Shown here piece after piece: positions 12,373 to 21,023 of a stretch of 48,788 bases of DNA; within the stretch, counting starts at the first letter, position 1, and every line of letters begins with the position of its first letter. The position numbers were made by a program, and so were the translations under genes. The stretch spans positions 1-48,788 of the forward strand of contig JAOPZY010000172.1 in NCBI GenBank assembly GCA_025963875.1, in the 5' to 3' direction. Below the pieces are notes generated by a model, which was given only the letters and a program-made list of their open reading frames with translations, was not told where the DNA came from and searched no databases. Source of the DNA: Actinomycetota bacterium (lineage in GTDB: Bacteria > Actinomycetota > CADDZG01 > JAHWKV01 > JAOPZY01).

Positions 12373-13887
12373 TCAGAGCGCCGGGGTTTTCTTGCGCTCC
12401 TTCGCGGGCATCCGGTAGCTGCTCACCGGGTCCGCTCCCGGCAGCGTGACGGTGAATGTCGTGCCCAGCCCGAGGGTCGAGGTCACCTCGACCCAGCCGT
12501 CCATCGCTTTCACCAGGGAGGCCGCGATGGCGAGGCCGAGGCCCGCCCCTCCCGGCGATTCTGAGCGCGCCTTCGAGCCCCGGTAGAGGCGCTCGAACAC
12601 GTGGGGCAGGTCCTCGGGGCTGATGCCGGGGCCCCGGTCGGCCACCTCGATCTTCACGTACTCACCCTCCGGCCAGCCCCTGACCGAGATCGGGGCGTTG
12701 CGCCCGTGCCGGACGGCATTGGCGACGAGATTCGTGAGCACCTGCAGGAGGCGGTCGGCGTCGCCGAGGATGCAGAGCTCGGGGGCAACCTGCACCCGCA
12801 CGTCGCCCGAGTCCATGATCGTCCGGAGCAGGGCCTCCCCCACCACGAGCTCCACCTCCACCGAGTCCCTGGCGAGGGTCATGCCCTCGTCGAGGCGGGC
12901 CAGGAGCAGCAGGTCCTCGACGATGCGACCCATGCGGTCCAGCTCCTCGATGGCGATGGACATCGACCGGCGGCCAGTCAGGCTCTCGACGTCCATCGCC
13001 AGCAGCTCGAGCTGGCCCCGTACGACGGTCATGGGCGTGCGCAGCTCGTGGGAGGCATCGGAGAGGAACCGCCGCTGGGACATGAACGCCTCCTGCAGGC
13101 GACCCAGCATCCGGTCGAACCCTTCGGCGAGGCGGCCCACCTCGTCCCGGGGGCCGCGCCCGCTGAGGCGTTTGGATAGGTCGTCGGTCTCCTGGATCGA
13201 CTCCACCTCGTGCGACATATTCTCGAGGGGCCGCAGGGTGCGCCGGACGGCGAACAGCCCCAGGGTGGTCGCGAAGACCAGGCCGATGGCGCTCGCGGCG
13301 CCGATGCCCTTCAACAGGTTCCAGACCGCGTGGTTCACCACCTTGGACTGCGTGGCGCCCACGATGAGGATCCCGGCTAGATGGCCGCTGGGGTCGGTGA
13401 TGGGGACCCGCAAAACCCGGAGGGCGGCCCCGGTCCGGCCCCTCAGGTTCAGCCACTTCGCCCTGGGAACGCTCAGCAACGCGTAGAGGGTCCCCCCGAG
13501 GTCCTGGCCCAGGTTATAGGCACCACTGGGTTGGAAGATGTTCGGTGGGGGCAGGTTCGGGATGGAGACGACGGCTCCCTCCCCCTCGAAGAAGGAGGCA
13601 CCGCCAAGCCAGAGCTTCGTCTCCTGCGCGAGGGCATTCGGGACGGTCGAGCCACCGGCGACGTCGTTCTTGACCGCCTCGGGGACCTTGTTCTTGAACG
13701 AGTTCGTCAAAATCGTGATCTGGCTGTCGACCTGACCGGACAGCTGGTTGCGCGTGAACTGGAGCGCGAGACCCGCGGCAACCAGCAGGGTGGCGGCGAC
13801 GAGCATGGCGTAGATGGAGGCGACGCGCAGCGAGAGGGGCATCGCCCTCTTGGAATGCATCGAACGGCCCCGCCTCATCGCAGGCAC
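12373..13887 (-). CDS. HAMP-domain sensor histidine kinase
   Basis: Two TMs, HAMP, DASHELRTP, NLVANA, DRGPG, GAGLGL. Confidence 0.95.
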   Translation of the reverse strand: MPAMRRGRSMHSKRAMPLSLRVASIYAMLVAATLLVAAGLALQFTRNQLSGQVDSQITILTNSFKNKVPEAVKNDVAGGSTVPNALAQETKLWLGGASFFEGEGAVVSIPNLPPPNIFQPSGAYNLGQDLGGTLYALLSVPRAKWLNLRGRTGAALRVLRVPITDPSGHLAGILIVGATQSKVVNHAVWNLLKGIGAASAIGLVFATTLGLFAVRRTLRPLENMSHEVESIQETDDLSKRLSGRGPRDEVGRLAEGFDRMLGRLQEAFMSQRRFLSDASHELRTPMTVVRGQLELLAMDVESLTGRRSMSIAIEELDRMGRIVEDLLLLARLDEGMTLARDSVEVELVVGEALLRTIMDSGDVRVQVAPELCILGDADRLLQVLTNLVANAVRHGRNAPISVRGWPEGEYVKIEVADRGPGISPEDLPHVFERLYRGSKARSESPGGAGLGLAIAASLVKAMDGWVEVTSTLGLGTTFTVTLPGADPVSSYRMPAKERKKTPAL

Positions 13888-13930
13888 ACCACGATGCTAC
13901 CCCCCTGCGCCGGGCGCTCCCGGCGCTGCC

Positions 13931-14626
13931 TCATCTCGCCGCGGTTTGGCCCTCGGCCAGCGTCTCGTCCGGCACCACGAAGCGGTACCCGAGGCCACGG
14001 ACGGTCTCGATGAAATCGGCGCCGATCTTGCGGCGGAGGGCCGCCACGTAGACCTCGACGACGTTGGAGCCCGGGTCGAAGTCGACCTTCCAGACGAGCT
14101 GGAGCAGCTTCCGGCGTGAGAGCACCTCACCCTGGTGGCGGAGCAGGCTCGCGAGCAGGGTGAGCTCCCGTGCCGATAGGAGCACGTCCCGGCCGAAGAG
14201 GGATGCGCGGTGGGCTGCCAGGTCGACGCTGAGGGGCCCGGCTCGAAGCGTCGCGCCCTCCTCGGCGACGCCGCGGATCCGTGCCCGGATGCGGGCGGCG
14301 AGCTCTTCGACCGAGAACGGCTTGGTCATGTAGTCGTCGGCGCCGGCGTCGAGACCCCCCACCTTGGAGGTGGTGTCGTCGAGGGCGGTCAGCAGGATCA
14401 CGGGCAGGCGGGGCTTGAAGGTCCGGATCTCGTTCAGCACCTCGATCCCGCCGATGCCGGGCAGGATGAGGTCGAGGAGCACGAGCTCGACGTCCAGGTT
14501 ACGGGCCATCACGAGGCCGGTTTCTCCGTCCGGGGCGGGCGAGACCAGAAAGCCTCGAGCCTGTAGTCCCTGCTCGACGATCGAGCGGATACGGGAGTCG
14601 TCCTCGATCAGTAGAAGGTGCGTCAC
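13931..14626 (-). CDS. OmpR-family response regulator
   Basis: [31 protein letters not shown]. Confidence 0.95.
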   Translation of the reverse strand: MTHLLLIEDDSRIRSIVEQGLQARGFLVSPAPDGETGLVMARNLDVELVLLDLILPGIGGIEVLNEIRTFKPRLPVILLTALDDTTSKVGGLDAGADDYMTKPFSVEELAARIRARIRGVAEEGATLRAGPLSVDLAAHRASLFGRDVLLSARELTLLASLLRHQGEVLSRRKLLQLVWKVDFDPGSNVVEVYVAALRRKIGADFIETVRGLGYRFVVPDETLAEGQTAAR

Positions 14627-14818
14627 TCGCTTCCCCCTTCACCATGGGCGGTTCTTGAGCCTGGGTGCCTGGCCTCCCCGGACACCTGCTACGACACCGG
14701 CACCCCTGACCAATGCGACGAGCGGATGGGTCGACCTACCCCTGGGTGCCGCAACTTCCAAGTCAATCTTCGGCGCGGTAGGCGAAATCCTTAACTCTCT
14801 AGGTGAAAATTCTTTCAT

Positions 14819-14848
14819 ACAAAGTTCTACTATGGGGAAACAAAGTTC
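14819..14848. promoter_or_regulatory. Direct repeat ACAAAGTTC x2, 21-bp period, upstream of response regulator
   Basis: Copies at 14819-14827 and 14840-14848 in an AT-rich intergenic tract. Confidence 0.4.
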
Positions 14849-14953
14849 CGTCGAATCACTCGAACCGACCCACTCGAATCCTGCGAATGCGGGAATCCGC
14901 CCGGGGAGAGGGCTAGGACAGTCGGGGGAGGCCGATCTCGTCCGCCTTCAAGG

Positions 14954-15940
14954 TCATCCCGCGTGCTTGCGCCGGCGGATCTCTTCCGTGAGTTTCGGGA
15001 CCACGTCGAAGAGGTCGCCCACGACCCCGAAGTCGACCAGGGCGAAGATCGGCGAGTCGGGGTCCTTGTTGATGGCGACGATGGTCTTGGCCGTCTGCAT
15101 CCCCGCCCGGTGCTGGATCGCCCCGGAGATGCCGACCGCGATGTAGAGCTGGGGCGACACGGTCTTGCCGGTCTGGCCCACCTGGGCCGCATGGGGGTAC
15201 CACCCGGCGTCGACCGCCGCCCGGGATGCGCCGACGCCGGCCCCGAGCTCGTCGGCCAGGGCCTCGACCAGGGCGAAGTTGGCGGGGTCCTGCAGCCCGC
15301 GCCCCCCGGAGACGATGACGGCGGCCTGGTCGACGGGGGGACGGCCCGCTGCCGCCGTCGAGACCCGCTCGGCGACGGTGACCCGCTTGGCGTCGTCGGA
15401 GACCAGCGCCGGCACCGTCTCCTCCTCCAGCGATGCGGGCGACTCCTCCGCTGCCACGGCGTTCGCCTTGAGGCAGATGAGGTAGGGAGCCGATCGCAGG
15501 GTCTTCCGGACGATGACCGCACCCCCGAAGGCGGCGTGCTCGACGAGTGGCCGGCCGGCGTCGTCGACCGATACCGAGATGGCGTCGGCCAGGACCCCCA
15601 GCCCCAGGAGAGCCCCGATGCGGGCTGCCACCTCCTTGCCAGCAGGGCCGCTGGCGAAGAGGACACCCCACGGGGTGCGCTCCCCCACCACCGCGGCGAG
15701 GGTCTCCACGAGCGCGGCTGGCTGATACCTGTCGAAATCCTTGGATTCGCTCACGAGGGCCTTGGTGGCCCCGTAGCGGGCGACCGCCTCCTTCGCCCTC
15801 TCCCACCCCGTCCCGCAGAACACTGCCACCGGCGACCCTCCGGCCTGGGCGGCAAGCGACCTCGCGGCGGTCAGGAGTTGGAGCGAGACCTTGGAGAGCG
15901 CCCCCTCCTCGTGGTCGAGCAGGACCCAGACGTCGGCCAT
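14954..15940 (-). CDS. etfA: Electron transfer flavoprotein alpha subunit
   Basis: [34 protein letters not shown]. Confidence 0.97.
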   Translation of the reverse strand: MADVWVLLDHEEGALSKVSLQLLTAARSLAAQAGGSPVAVFCGTGWERAKEAVARYGATKALVSESKDFDRYQPAALVETLAAVVGERTPWGVLFASGPAGKEVAARIGALLGLGVLADAISVSVDDAGRPLVEHAAFGGAVIVRKTLRSAPYLICLKANAVAAEESPASLEEETVPALVSDDAKRVTVAERVSTAAAGRPPVDQAAVIVSGGRGLQDPANFALVEALADELGAGVGASRAAVDAGWYPHAAQVGQTGKTVSPQLYIAVGISGAIQHRAGMQTAKTIVAINKDPDSPIFALVDFGVVGDLFDVVPKLTEEIRRRKHAG

Positions 15941-15942
15941 GG

Positions 15943-16734
15943 CTAGATGAGCTTCGCTTCCTGGAGGAAGTCGGCGAGCTTCACGTGGGCATTGCCGTCC
16001 TTGTTGTCGACCAGGATCCGCCGGCGCTCGGCCGAGCGGGCGGCGAAGCCCAGCACCTGGCTCTGGGATCCGGCCAGGCCGACCCGGGTGGATTCGATCC
16101 CCACGTCTGCTGCGGTCAGCGATTCGACCGGCTTGTTCTTGGCGCCCTGGATGCCCTTGAACGAGGGGTAGCGGGGCTCGTTGGCGCCCCAGTTGATCCC
16201 CACCACCGCAGGCAGCGGCCCTTCGATGACGTCGTAGCCCTGGTCGGCTTCGCGCTGCACTCGCACGCGGTCGCCCTCGACCTCCACCGTCCTGGCGTGG
16301 AAGAGGCCGGGGAGGTTGAGGTACTCGGCCAGGGCCGGTGGCACGAGGGACGTCCGGGCGTCGGTCGACTCGGAGCCACAGACGATCAGGTCATAGCTGC
16401 CGCGCCGCAGGACGCAGGCCAGCGCGTAGGCGATCGCCTGCGCATCCGATCCGTGCAGGACGGGGTCGGACAGATGGACCACCTTGTCGCACCCCATGGA
16501 CAGCGCCCTGCGGGCTGCCTTCGTCAAGGCAGCCTCCGGCCCGACGGTGACCACGGTCACCTCTCCCCCGTGGGCCTCCTTCAGGCGGAGGGCCTCTTCG
16601 ACCGCCACCTCGTCGACGGGGTTGAGGATCGACTCGTCGGGTTCGCGACGCAGCGTGAAGTCCGTCGGGTCGAGGTTCTTGTCGGCGGCGGTATCGGGAA
16701 CCCGCTTGACGCAGACGGCGATGTTCAGTGGCAT
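15943..16734 (-). CDS. etfB: Electron transfer flavoprotein beta subunit
   Basis: VCVKRVPD, NPVDEVAVEEALRLKE, NEPRY. Confidence 0.96.
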   Translation of the reverse strand: MPLNIAVCVKRVPDTAADKNLDPTDFTLRREPDESILNPVDEVAVEEALRLKEAHGGEVTVVTVGPEAALTKAARRALSMGCDKVVHLSDPVLHGSDAQAIAYALACVLRRGSYDLIVCGSESTDARTSLVPPALAEYLNLPGLFHARTVEVEGDRVRVQREADQGYDVIEGPLPAVVGINWGANEPRYPSFKGIQGAKNKPVESLTAADVGIESTRVGLAGSQSQVLGFAARSAERRRILVDNKDGNAHVKLADFLQEAKLI

Positions 16735-16794
16735 CGAGCGCTGACTATACTCCACTTAGGACTGAAGTGCCCACTCAGGCAGTCTACCTCCCGG

Positions 16795-17571
16795 CTACCT
16801 CCCCGAGAAGATGGCCTTCCCCGGCCCGTTCTCGGCGAGACTCTTGGCCCCGGTGCGCCAGTCCTCCGTACCGAACAGCATCGAGAATGCGTGGCGCTCG
16901 AGGTCGAGGCCCACCTCGATGTCCCCGTCCGCCCGGTTGACGAGCGCCTTGGCGGCGCGCAGGGCGACGAGCGGCCCAGAGGCGTAGCGGCAGGCCGCCT
17001 CGACGGCGCGCTCCAGGAGCTCCGCGGCGGGGAAGACGGCGTCCACCAGGCCGAGGGCCAGCGCCTCCTCCGCCTTGACGTGCCTACCCGTGAAAATCAT
17101 CTCCTTCGCCCGGGCGGCCCCGATGAGACGGGGAAGGCGCTGCGTGCCCCCGCCGCCGGGAATGATCCCGAGCTGGATCTCGGGGAGCCCGAGGGTGGCG
17201 CGGTCGGAGGCGAAGCGGAAGTCGGCGGCCAGGGCGAGCTCGCAGCCGCCGCCCAGCGCGTAGCCGTTGACGGCGGCGATCGTCACCTTGGGAAGGTCGG
17301 CCCACCCCCGGAAGGCGGCGTCCAGGAGCTTCCCGTACTCGTGGACCTCGGACACGCCCATGGTCTCGAACTCGCCCACATCGGCGCCGGCGGAAAAGTG
17401 CCGGCCCTCCCCGGAGATGACCACCGCACGGATCTCCGGGGAGCGTCCCGCCTGTAGCGCGGCATCGGCAAGCTCGGTGACGAGCGCCCGGTTCAAGATG
17501 TTGAGCGGGGGCCGCTTCAGGTGGACGATGCCCACGCCGTCGGTCACTTCGAGCTCCAGCAGTTCCGGCAC
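16795..17571 (-). CDS. Enoyl-CoA hydratase/isomerase
   Basis: FSAGAD, GYALGGGCEL, PEIQLGIIPGGGGTQRL. Confidence 0.93.
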   Translation of the reverse strand: MPELLELEVTDGVGIVHLKRPPLNILNRALVTELADAALQAGRSPEIRAVVISGEGRHFSAGADVGEFETMGVSEVHEYGKLLDAAFRGWADLPKVTIAAVNGYALGGGCELALAADFRFASDRATLGLPEIQLGIIPGGGGTQRLPRLIGAARAKEMIFTGRHVKAEEALALGLVDAVFPAAELLERAVEAACRYASGPLVALRAAKALVNRADGDIEVGLDLERHAFSMLFGTEDWRTGAKSLAENGPGKAIFSGR

Positions 17572-17630
17572 GAGTACCCCTTTCTGCTCCAGTCGCGGTG
17601 GTCGCAGCAGGCCGCCGTATCATCGGGGAC

Positions 17631-18191
17631 GTGGCGGATCTCGAACAGTTGCGGCGCCGCCTCGAACACCGGCTCCCCGAGTCACCTCCGGTTGGCCAGA
17701 TCCCTGCTGCCGTCCTGGTCCCCATCGTCCCCGGTCCCGGCGGATCGTACCTGCTGCTCACGCGTCGCACGGACGGCCTCAGCAATCACCGGGGCGAGAT
17801 CGCCTTCCCCGGCGGCCGCCTGGAGCCGGGCGAGACTCCCCCGATGGCAGCGCTGCGGGAGGCCCACGAGGAGCTGGGCATCGAACCCGGAGAGGTTGAG
17901 GTCATCGGCGGGCTTCCCGGCGTCGGCACCAGTATGAGCCGCTTCTGGATCATGCCCTCGGTGGGGATCATGCGGCCGGACTGCCGTTCCCGGATCGTCC
18001 CGAACCCTGCAGAGGTCGCCGATCTCCTCGAGGTGTCCCTCGACGCCCTGGCCGCGCCCGGATGCCGCCGGGACCAACGTTTCATCCGCGGCCGGCAGGT
18101 GGTCATCTCGCCGGCGTACGACACGCCGGCCGGAACGATCTGGGGGGCCACCGCCCGCATCGTCGCCGAACTCCTGCAGGCGATCGTTTAG
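17631..18191 (+). CDS. Nudix CoA pyrophosphatase (NudL-like)
   Basis: AAVLVP, LLTRR, HRGEIAFPGG, ALREAHEELG, IWGATA. Confidence 0.9.
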   Translation: MADLEQLRRRLEHRLPESPPVGQIPAAVLVPIVPGPGGSYLLLTRRTDGLSNHRGEIAFPGGRLEPGETPPMAALREAHEELGIEPGEVEVIGGLPGVGTSMSRFWIMPSVGIMRPDCRSRIVPNPAEVADLLEVSLDALAAPGCRRDQRFIRGRQVVISPAYDTPAGTIWGATARIVAELLQAIV

Positions 18192-18192
18192 G

Positions 18193-18897
18193 GTGGCACC
18201 CGCCATGGTTCAGGCTCGCCGGGGAGGCTGGATGCGGCCGCTGGGCGTGCCGCTCATCGTCGCCGCCACCTTGCTACAGGTCTGGCCGATGCAGGCCGCC
18301 CCGGCCGCCTCAACGACCGTCAACCTGACGGACAACTCCTACATCCCGCCTTCGGTGACGATCCAGGTCAACGACACCGTCACCTGGAAGGTACCGGCCT
18401 CGGTGGTGGGCTCCTGCCACAGCGTCAGCTCGGACGATGGGCTCTTCGACTCCGGGACTCTGGCGGCCGGCCTCCTCTGCCTCGGCGGGGGCGCCCAGAG
18501 CTGGTCGCACACCTTCACCAGGGCGGGGACGTTCCGCTACCACTGCAAAGTCGTGAGCGGCATGGCCGGCGTGGTGACCGTGGCGGCCCCCAGCCCCACG
18601 CCGTCGCCCACCCCGTCGCCGTCGCCAACCCCGTCTCCGACCCCCACCCCGTCCCCGTCGGTGTCCCCCACACCGAGCCCTTCACTATCCGCCTCTCCAT
18701 CGCTCTCCGGGTCGGCAACCCCCACCGCCACCGTCGGGCAGGTCGTGGTGCCCACCTCGACGGCCTCCGGCCTGGCGGCGGGTGCGGGCGGGGGTGGCGG
18801 CTCCTCTGCGGCGACCGTCGTCGCCATCGTCGCGGGGCTGATCGCCCTGGCCTGCGCCGCGGCGCTGATCGCGCTCAGAAGGTTCGGGGCCTGGTGA
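18193..18897 (+). CDS. Cupredoxin/plastocyanin-like domain protein with P/S/T stalk and C-terminal TM anchor
   Basis: Signal peptide, DTVTW, HSVSSD-GLFDSG, FTRAGTFRYHC-x5-M; (PSPT)n linker; start approximate. Confidence 0.8.
   Translation: MAPAMVQARRGGWMRPLGVPLIVAATLLQVWPMQAAPAASTTVNLTDNSYIPPSVTIQVNDTVTWKVPASVVGSCHSVSSDDGLFDSGTLAAGLLCLGGGAQSWSHTFTRAGTFRYHCKVVSGMAGVVTVAAPSPTPSPTPSPSPTPSPTPTPSPSVSPTPSPSLSASPSLSGSATPTATVGQVVVPTSTASGLAAGAGGGGGSSAATVVAIVAGLIALACAAALIALRRFGAW
18587..18730 (+). repeat. Low-complexity (PS/PT)n coding repeat
   Basis: [32 protein letters not shown]. Confidence 0.85.
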
Positions 18898-19031
18898 GCC
18901 TCGTCACACCGACCGTGACCACCACAGTGGTGGCGCGGAACCCCCTCGTCGGCACCCTGGCGATCGTGGCCATCCTGATCGTGGCCCTGGCCGGCTTCTT
19001 CATCTACCGGGTCATACGCCACGGGCTTTGA
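18894..19031 (+). CDS. 45-aa single-TM protein (absent from ORF track)
   Basis: GTGA overlap with cupredoxin stop; MSLVTPTVTTTVVARNPLVGTLAIVAILIVALAGFFIYRVIRHGL. Confidence 0.65.
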   Translation: MSLVTPTVTTTVVARNPLVGTLAIVAILIVALAGFFIYRVIRHGL

Positions 19032-19069
19032 CCCAATACCGTTAACTTACGGCGGCCTAGCTATGGACC

Positions 19070-19290
19070 GTGGACCCCGACTTCGAGCCGCGCTTCTGCC
19101 GGACCCGGCATCCCGTGGAGACGTACGCCATCCGAGCCCTGGCCAACGCCCACACCGTCGTCTACACCGCCGGCACCGGTCCGAGCCGGCCCGTGACGGA
19201 TTTCGCCTGGGGGGCGAACCTGCTCATCGCCGAGGCGAGCTTCCAGCAGTCGTCCAAGGAGACAGCCGAATTGCCGAGCATGCCTGCCAG
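19070..19290 (+). pseudogene. Fragment of MBL-fold metallo-hydrolase (RNase Z/BN-like)
   Basis: HPVETYAIR...VVYTAGTGP...GANLLIAEASF resembles the HPV...YSGDTG...ADLL..EA segment; no HxHxDH; Asp of DTG lost. Confidence 0.6.
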
Positions 19291-19339
19291 AAGGTTTCGT
19301 CACTTTTCGTCGCCTGACAACCAATTCTTACGAAACCTC
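19291..19339. repeat. 49-bp palindromic element, copy B
   Basis: aaggtttcgt...acgaaacctc; its reverse complement matches copy A at 20 of the first 25 nt. Confidence 0.8.
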
Positions 19340-19348
19340 GCGACTGCC

Positions 19349-19465
19349 TCAGCCCCCGCCCCCGCGCCAGCGGTCCAGGACGGTCTCCAGGACCTCCCGG
19401 GTGAGGTTGACGGAGTCCCTGGAGTTCACCTTGAAGCGCCCGTGGAGCACGCCGGCGTCGAACAC
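19349..19465 (-). pseudogene. Orphan 3' gene fragment (38 aa)
   Basis: VFDAGVLHGRFKVNSRDSVNLTREVLETVLDRWRGGGG*, strong GC3 bias, abuts a lone GAGGTTAG half-element at 19468. Confidence 0.4.
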
Positions 19466-19571
19466 CGGAGGTTAGTCGCGCTCGCTCACTCTCGGCGGTC
19501 GCCCGGGGTTTCAATACGACGCGCTGGAGGCGAATTGTCCAGTTTCCCGGCAGTTCCCGCAGGGCCGGAAT

Positions 19572-19620
19572 ATTCTTTGCTTCCTTTACCGCGTATAGCG
19601 CGGCAGGAGAAGCAAAGAAT
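19572..19620. repeat. Related palindromic element, copy E
   Basis: attctttgcttc...ccgcg-tatag-cgcgg...gaagcaaagaat; 12-bp perfect outer arms. Confidence 0.7.
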
Positions 19621-19771
19621 CTCGGCGGTCATCGTAGAGGACCGAGCGCCGCCACTCATAGTGGTGGGTGTCATTTGAAGCGGAACGCCCCGACGCCGAC
19701 TGCCCACTAAGCTCGGCAGGCGCGGGACGACCCCAGTCTGTTAAGTAAACGGCATTGGGCTTTGACCCCCA

Positions 19772-19921
19772 TCAGGGCCTGTAGGCGCTGCCTCGTGGGC
19801 GGACGGCCTCAGGAAGCCTACGCACGGCCACAAGAATCCGCTCGCGGTCAGTGCGGCTCATGCGTTCCAGGGCCTTGACTGCCTTCGGCTGAAGCTCGAC
19901 GTGCCACTGCGGTTCAGTCAG
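19772..19921 (-). pseudogene. Truncated RelE/ParE-family toxin
   Basis: WHVELQPKAVKALERMSRTDRERILVAVRRLP is a RelE-like N-terminal half; C-terminal YRLRVGDYR-type region absent. Confidence 0.6.
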
Positions 19922-20130
19922 CCAGCAACTCCCGCTCCACCTGCTCAAGGGGGATACCGCGGGACGCATCGGCTAATGCCTCCAGGTCCCCAGCTGTGAC
20001 GGGTTCGTCGTCGTCCGGAGCAGCGTCGAGGCGTGCGAGAAACGGGTCCTTCGCTCGGGTCAGCAGGTGCGCCACCGGCTCGAGTGATGCCTCGGGCAGC
20101 TCGTCCAGGAGCCGGTGTAGTTCTGGCAGG
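19914..20130 (-). pseudogene. Antitoxin remnant (no clear start codon)
   Basis: ELHRLLDELPE...DPFLARLDAAPDDDEPVT...GIPLEQVERELL; overlaps toxin start. Confidence 0.6.
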
Positions 20131-20170
20131 AACGGGTACCCCCGCCTGACACCATCGGCAACATCCTGGC

Positions 20171-20932
20171 TTACGAGCCGGAAGCCTCCGCCACCGTCAT
20201 CAGGCGGGCGACCTGGCGGGCGCTGGAGGCGGCCACCGCATCCTCCATCACGTGGGCGAAGACGGACTGCACCGAGGTCGACGCCGTCGGGCGCACCCGG
20301 TGCAGGGCCTCGGTCACGGCAGGCAGATCCTCGATGGGCCAGCCGCTCTGCACGAAGGGCTCCCACACGAACTCCTCGAACATGGCGACGAAGCGTTCGG
20401 CGACGACCGTGAGGTCGTGCGACAGCCGCTCGTATTCGTCCAGCGCCACCGACAGCGGCATGCCCACCGCGACCAGCTCGGCCCCGTTGCGGACCATCCG
20501 GGGGCTGGGGGCGAGGAAGTTTTCGCCTTCGTGCTGGAGCAACCCCAGGCTGCACGCCCGCTTGACCAGCGCCTCGTCCTGGACGATCTCGGGGAACATC
20601 TGCTCGAGCTGCTGACGGGTGAAGCGCTCGGGCACCTCGTCGCTCCATGGGGCAGTCAGCGCCTGCTCGAAACCAAGAACGTCATGCAGGCTCCGGCCCT
20701 CCTCCCAGGCACTGAGCAGGCAGCCGATGGCGGCCAGGGAGAACCCCCGCTCCTGGAGCCCCGCCGTGTACTTGAGGCGTGCCAGGTGCCCCTCGCCGTA
20801 GTAGCCGACCCGGCCGACCATGCGAGGCGGCGGCAGGATGCCCTTGGTCTGGTAGGAACGGATGTTGCGAGTGGTGGTGCCGGCCTTACGAGCCAGCTCG
20901 TCGATGGTCCACTCGTCCTTCGTCGGCGTCAT
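20171..20932 (-). CDS. MerR-family transcriptional regulator
   Basis: TIDELARKAGTTTRNIRSYQTKGILPPP, GFSLAAI. Confidence 0.9.
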   Translation of the reverse strand: MTPTKDEWTIDELARKAGTTTRNIRSYQTKGILPPPRMVGRVGYYGEGHLARLKYTAGLQERGFSLAAIGCLLSAWEEGRSLHDVLGFEQALTAPWSDEVPERFTRQQLEQMFPEIVQDEALVKRACSLGLLQHEGENFLAPSPRMVRNGAELVAVGMPLSVALDEYERLSHDLTVVAERFVAMFEEFVWEPFVQSGWPIEDLPAVTEALHRVRPTASTSVQSVFAHVMEDAVAASSARQVARLMTVAEASGS

Positions 20933-20975
20933 GGCGACCTCCCGGTCACTCCCGGTGACTCATACATGAGTGAAC

Positions 20976-20995
20976 GTAACATCGCCCTATGTTAC
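20976..20995. promoter_or_regulatory. Palindromic operator candidate GTAACAT-N6-ATGTTAC
   Basis: Perfect 7-bp arms ~45 bp upstream of MerR start. Confidence 0.5.
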
Positions 20996-21023
20996 TGTCC
21001 CCGGCCAATAATGTCGCTGGATT

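Noticed and set aside
14860..14915. GAATCCTGC..GCGGGAA resembling a riboswitch 5' end
   Set aside because: Wrong strand for the downstream gene; no supporting downstream motifs
19070..19678. 202-aa ORF as an intact gene
   Set aside because: Only the first ~65 aa resemble an MBL hydrolase; the rest reads through palindromes and an antisense fragment
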